This document shows positions 29,069 to 32,000 of a DNA stretch of 32,000 bases, one piece after another (the stretch's first letter is position 1; each line of letters begins with the position of its first letter). This stretch comes from Wolbachia endosymbiont of Onchocerca ochengi (GTDB lineage: Bacteria; Pseudomonadota; Alphaproteobacteria; Rickettsiales; Anaplasmataceae): the NCBI RefSeq assembly GCF_000306885.1, contig NC_018267.1, positions 750,001 to 782,000 on the forward strand, in the 5' to 3' direction. The notes under the pieces were generated by a model, which ran no database searches, was not told the DNA's origin, and saw only the letters and a program-made list of their open reading frames with translations. Position numbers and translations under genes: made by a program.

Positions 29069-30199
29069 TAGAAGTAAGTTTGTTAAGCATAATTATTTTA
29101 ATTGCATTACTATTGAAGTTGTATTTTAAAATGCATTATAGATTCAGGATTCAAGATATGCTAATTTTAATCTCTATATTATAAAATAACTGATCAATTT
29201 TACCTTATAATAATCTAATAGTTATTTTAAAAAGGATCTTTATAGCTTGTTATTCTCAATTTCATAACTACACAATGTCTATTTTCATAATATAGATGAA
29301 CCTTATTTCTCAGATTGTAAACCCGTGATACATATCTGATAAATTTGATAACAGGATCTATTAAAATAAGACCTTCATAACTGAATAAAAATTTTCCTAT
29401 AGGCAATGATTACTGTATTTCTAAGTTTCTCGAGCGTCGCTATATTTCATCTTTTAAGTATTATTACAATTTATGTTCTAATAATGTAGCATATTGTCAT
29501 ATTCATAAATCTAGTACATAGTGATGCTGAAATATACTAGCATATTGGACTGGAAGTTAAAAAAACAGACCTAGAGCAACAGAAATTGCAGAAACTAAAA
29601 TAGTACAAGATCATGCAGAGGCTGTTTCTACTGCTGGAATAGTTCAAAGATAATAGAACTTTATAAGCTAATTTATAGCGAAGGTGATGAAAAATATAAA
29701 AGATGTGTAGATGATCGAGAGTAGTGATTTAATATATTAAATATAATATAACATACATCACGTGCCTGTGTCGTTGGCTTATAATCTTGATAGCTTATTT
29801 GATTGTGTGACTTTTCTTTCCTTTTTTACTATACTATTAATCTGAAATAATGTCAAGTTTTATATTTTTGTAGTGGGCTGGGAAAGTAAAATGCAACTCC
29901 TGTATATGAATATCCATGTTACAGTGGTTACTACAACTGCATGTTATTATACCTATGATTCTAGAAATACAGTAGTTAATGCTTTATGGTTGGAAAGGTA
30001 GGTTACTTATAGTAAAAATTAGAGGTCATATAAAACTCTTTGATTTATATAAGCCTGTACTAATATATATGACCAAGGTTACGATGTTTTTAATTGTTAT
30101 TATAGGTACAAAAGGCTGTTTAAACTCAATAAACTTGTGTAAAAGAGAGGGTAAAGAGGGTTAACTTTATAACCTACAGGATTTATAACTTTTTGATTG

Positions 30200-31906
30200 A
30201 TGAACATTTTTAAACGAATTTCCTCGCTAATTCTTAGTAAATTAGATGAGTTAAAGCAAAGGAGCGTCATAAATGCTAATGTAGAAAATTTTATCTTAGA
30301 ACCTCCAAGTAATAAAGCACATGGGGATGTTTATACAAATATTGCTATGGTGCTCGCAAGGCATGAAAGAAAAAATTCCGTTGAGATTGCAGAGATGTTA
30401 GCAGAAGAATTTAAGCTTTTTGATGAAATCGCAAAAATAGAAGTAGCTGGCCCTGGCTTCATTAACATGCACTTTAAAATAGAAGTATGGCACAAGCTTC
30501 TCAAGCAAATAAATGAACTTAAAACAGAGTTTGGTACTCTAAACATTGGGAATAACCAGGCCGTTAATGTTGAATTTGTATCTGCAAATCCAACTGGTCC
30601 ATTACATATTGGTCATGCAAGAGGAGCAGTATTCGGTGACGTTTTAGCAAATTTGTTAAAAAAAGTTGGTTATCAAGCCACTAAGGAGTATTATATTAAT
30701 GATGCTGGAACACAGATAGATACACTAATTCGGTCAGTATATTTGCGATATAAGGAAGCTCTTGGAGAAAAGATTAGTATTGAAAAAGGTTTATATCCAG
30801 GCGAATATTTAAAAAAAATAGGAAAAGAGCTAGCCAAAAAATATGGTAAAGGTCTTCTAGAAAAGCAAGATTATCAAATAATTAGAGATTATGCTTTAAG
30901 TTCTATCTTAGAACTCATAAAAGAAGATATGCACTTACTTGGAGTAAATCATGATATTTTTACTTCAGAATATGAGTTGCAAAAAAGTGGCAAAATTGAG
31001 GAGAGCATAAAGATATTGTCTAACAAAGGTTTAATATATGAAGGATATCTAGGAAAACCAAAGGGTAAAGAAAGTGAAAATTGGACCTCTAGAAAGGAGA
31101 TGTTGTTTTGCTCAACAAAATTTGGTGATGATGTTGATCGTGCACTTAAAAAAGAAGACGGTAGCTGGACTTATTTTGCATCAGACGTAGCCTATCATTT
31201 TGATAAGATATCACGCGGCTTTAACAATATAATAGTAGAACTTGGTAGTGATCATAGTGGTTATATCAAAAGGCTTAAAGCAGTTGTTTCTGCGCTCAGT
31301 GATAATAAAGCGAAGATAGAAGTAAAACTGCATAATATTGTGAATTTCTTCGAAAACGGAAAACCTGTTAAGATGTCTAAAAGGTCAGGAAATTTTCTGA
31401 CAGTAAAAGATGTAGTTGAGAAAGTTGGTAGAGATATTACCCGTTTTATGATGTTAACACAAAGAAATGACGTGGTTCTCGATTTTGATTTTGCTAAAGT
31501 GAAGGAACAGTCAAAAGGCAATCCTATTTTTTATGTGCAATATGCATATGCCCGTGCTCATTCGTTGATGCGTAACGCTCCAAAAGGACTTCCAAATGCA
31601 GATACTTCACTTTTAAAGACCGATGGAGAACTATTACTTATAAAAATCTTAGCAAAGTGGCCAAGTGTGGTAGAAATAGCGGCAAGGCTTTATGAGCCAC
31701 ACAGAATTACTTTTTACTTACTTGAAGTTGCAGAAGCATTCCATACTTTATGGGGATATGGTAAAAACGACTTGAGCATGCGGTTTATACTAAAAGATAA
31801 TTTAGATCTTACTGCTGCAAGGATATTCCTTGTCCGGGCCTTAGCACATATCATTGCTTCTGGGCTTTCTGTTTTTAACATAGAGCCATTAGAAGAGATG
31901 AAATAA
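30200..31906 (+). CDS. argS: arginine--tRNA ligase
   Basis: ORF 30197..31906. Class I signature [15 protein letters not shown], the KMSKRSG loop and the anticodon-binding C-terminus (…[14 protein letters not shown]…). The TTG at 30197 is followed immediately by ATG at 30200, which I prefer. Confidence 0.93.
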   Translation: MNIFKRISSLILSKLDELKQRSVINANVENFILEPPSNKAHGDVYTNIAMVLARHERKNSVEIAEMLAEEFKLFDEIAKIEVAGPGFINMHFKIEVWHKLLKQINELKTEFGTLNIGNNQAVNVEFVSANPTGPLHIGHARGAVFGDVLANLLKKVGYQATKEYYINDAGTQIDTLIRSVYLRYKEALGEKISIEKGLYPGEYLKKIGKELAKKYGKGLLEKQDYQIIRDYALSSILELIKEDMHLLGVNHDIFTSEYELQKSGKIEESIKILSNKGLIYEGYLGKPKGKESENWTSRKEMLFCSTKFGDDVDRALKKEDGSWTYFASDVAYHFDKISRGFNNIIVELGSDHSGYIKRLKAVVSALSDNKAKIEVKLHNIVNFFENGKPVKMSKRSGNFLTVKDVVEKVGRDITRFMMLTQRNDVVLDFDFAKVKEQSKGNPIFYVQYAYARAHSLMRNAPKGLPNADTSLLKTDGELLLIKILAKWPSVVEIAARLYEPHRITFYLLEVAEAFHTLWGYGKNDLSMRFILKDNLDLTAARIFLVRALAHIIASGLSVFNIEPLEEMK

Positions 31907-32000
31907 GTAAAAAGATATGGAAATAAGAGAAACTCCAATCTTCCTGTACATTAAGTTACAGTAGCATGACCCTTTTCTTTCCTGCTGTTGATAATTATTT

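Noticed and set aside
7117-30164. Short spacer ORFs 7117..7299, 8099..8296, 10816..11034, 11125..11331, 26452..26652, 28565..28783 and 29979..30164 as possible small proteins.
   Set aside because: They are 60-72 codons, several with non-ATG starts. They are pyrimidine-rich and lack recognisable domains or ribosome-binding sites. Most lie antisense to the decayed-gene fragments described above, which explains their openness.
1384-30199. Housekeeping ncRNAs (tmRNA, RNase P RNA, SRP/4.5S RNA, 6S) hidden in the spacers.
   Set aside because: I looked for their conserved GC-rich cores (e.g. GGAAAGTCCGGGC for RNase P, GGAAGCAGCC for SRP RNA, and the tRNA-like acceptor/T-arm of tmRNA) and found none. 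The only cloverleaf is tRNA-Arg at 7691-7764. A covariance-model scan would still be needed to exclude them formally.
2908-31938. Track ORFs lying antisense inside the confidently identified genes: 2908..3129, 4889..5131, 6192..6452, 7413..7634, 12935..13147, 13872..14063, 16888..17136, 18810..19040, 20588..20770, 20733..20918, 22094..22309, 22216..22449, 22314..22580, 22767..23084, 26745..27200, 27246..27473, 30331..30546, 31261..31521, 31714..31938.
   Set aside because: They are shadow ORFs on the opposite strand of strongly supported genes. Their translations are low-complexity or hydrophobic with no recognisable motifs. This is an expected by-product of codon bias in AT-rich coding DNA.

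Overview
This is a strongly AT-rich, gene-sparse chromosomal segment. Its gene set and protein sequences look like an obligate-intracellular alphaproteobacterium of the Anaplasmataceae type (Ehrlichia-like); that is inference, and no database search was possible. I can support 17 intact housekeeping CDS: acnA (partial), iscS, hemB, dapA, ssb, a type I secretion ABC exporter, tsaD, a HlyD-family adaptor, fabG, a VirB2-like pilin, an M48/TPR peptidase, greA, atpA, atpH, ubiE, an MsbA-like ABC exporter and argS. There is also one tRNA-Arg(CCG) and one clearly broken gene, ribB, which carries 2 in-frame stops plus a frameshift. By my coordinates only about 60% of the window is genic. The rest lies in eight spacers of 0.68-4.1 kb with no long ORFs. 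Meanwhile some neighbouring genes are packed 0-11 nt apart or overlap. The main hunting result concerns these spacers. Several contain frame-broken, correctly ordered peptide motifs of one family, the PD-(D/E)XK (PDDEXK_2 / Rpn / TIGR01784-like) putative transposases. The evidence is good at 3.96-4.38 kb (+) and 26.0-26.7 kb (-). It is moderate at 8.8-10.6 kb (two head-to-tail copies, -) and 28.7-29.1 kb (-). It is weak elsewhere. So the low coding density may largely be the remains of one multicopy element family. Other points are listed under findings. They include a T1SS ABC/adaptor pair split by tsaD, a bidirectional terminator facing an 'empty' region, and an in-frame dapA insertion carrying a perfect GC-rich hairpin. 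A 20-nt exact repeat is shared by two spacers, and virB2 and iscS each stand alone. No CRISPR array, rRNA, intact mobile element or substantial tandem repeat was seen.
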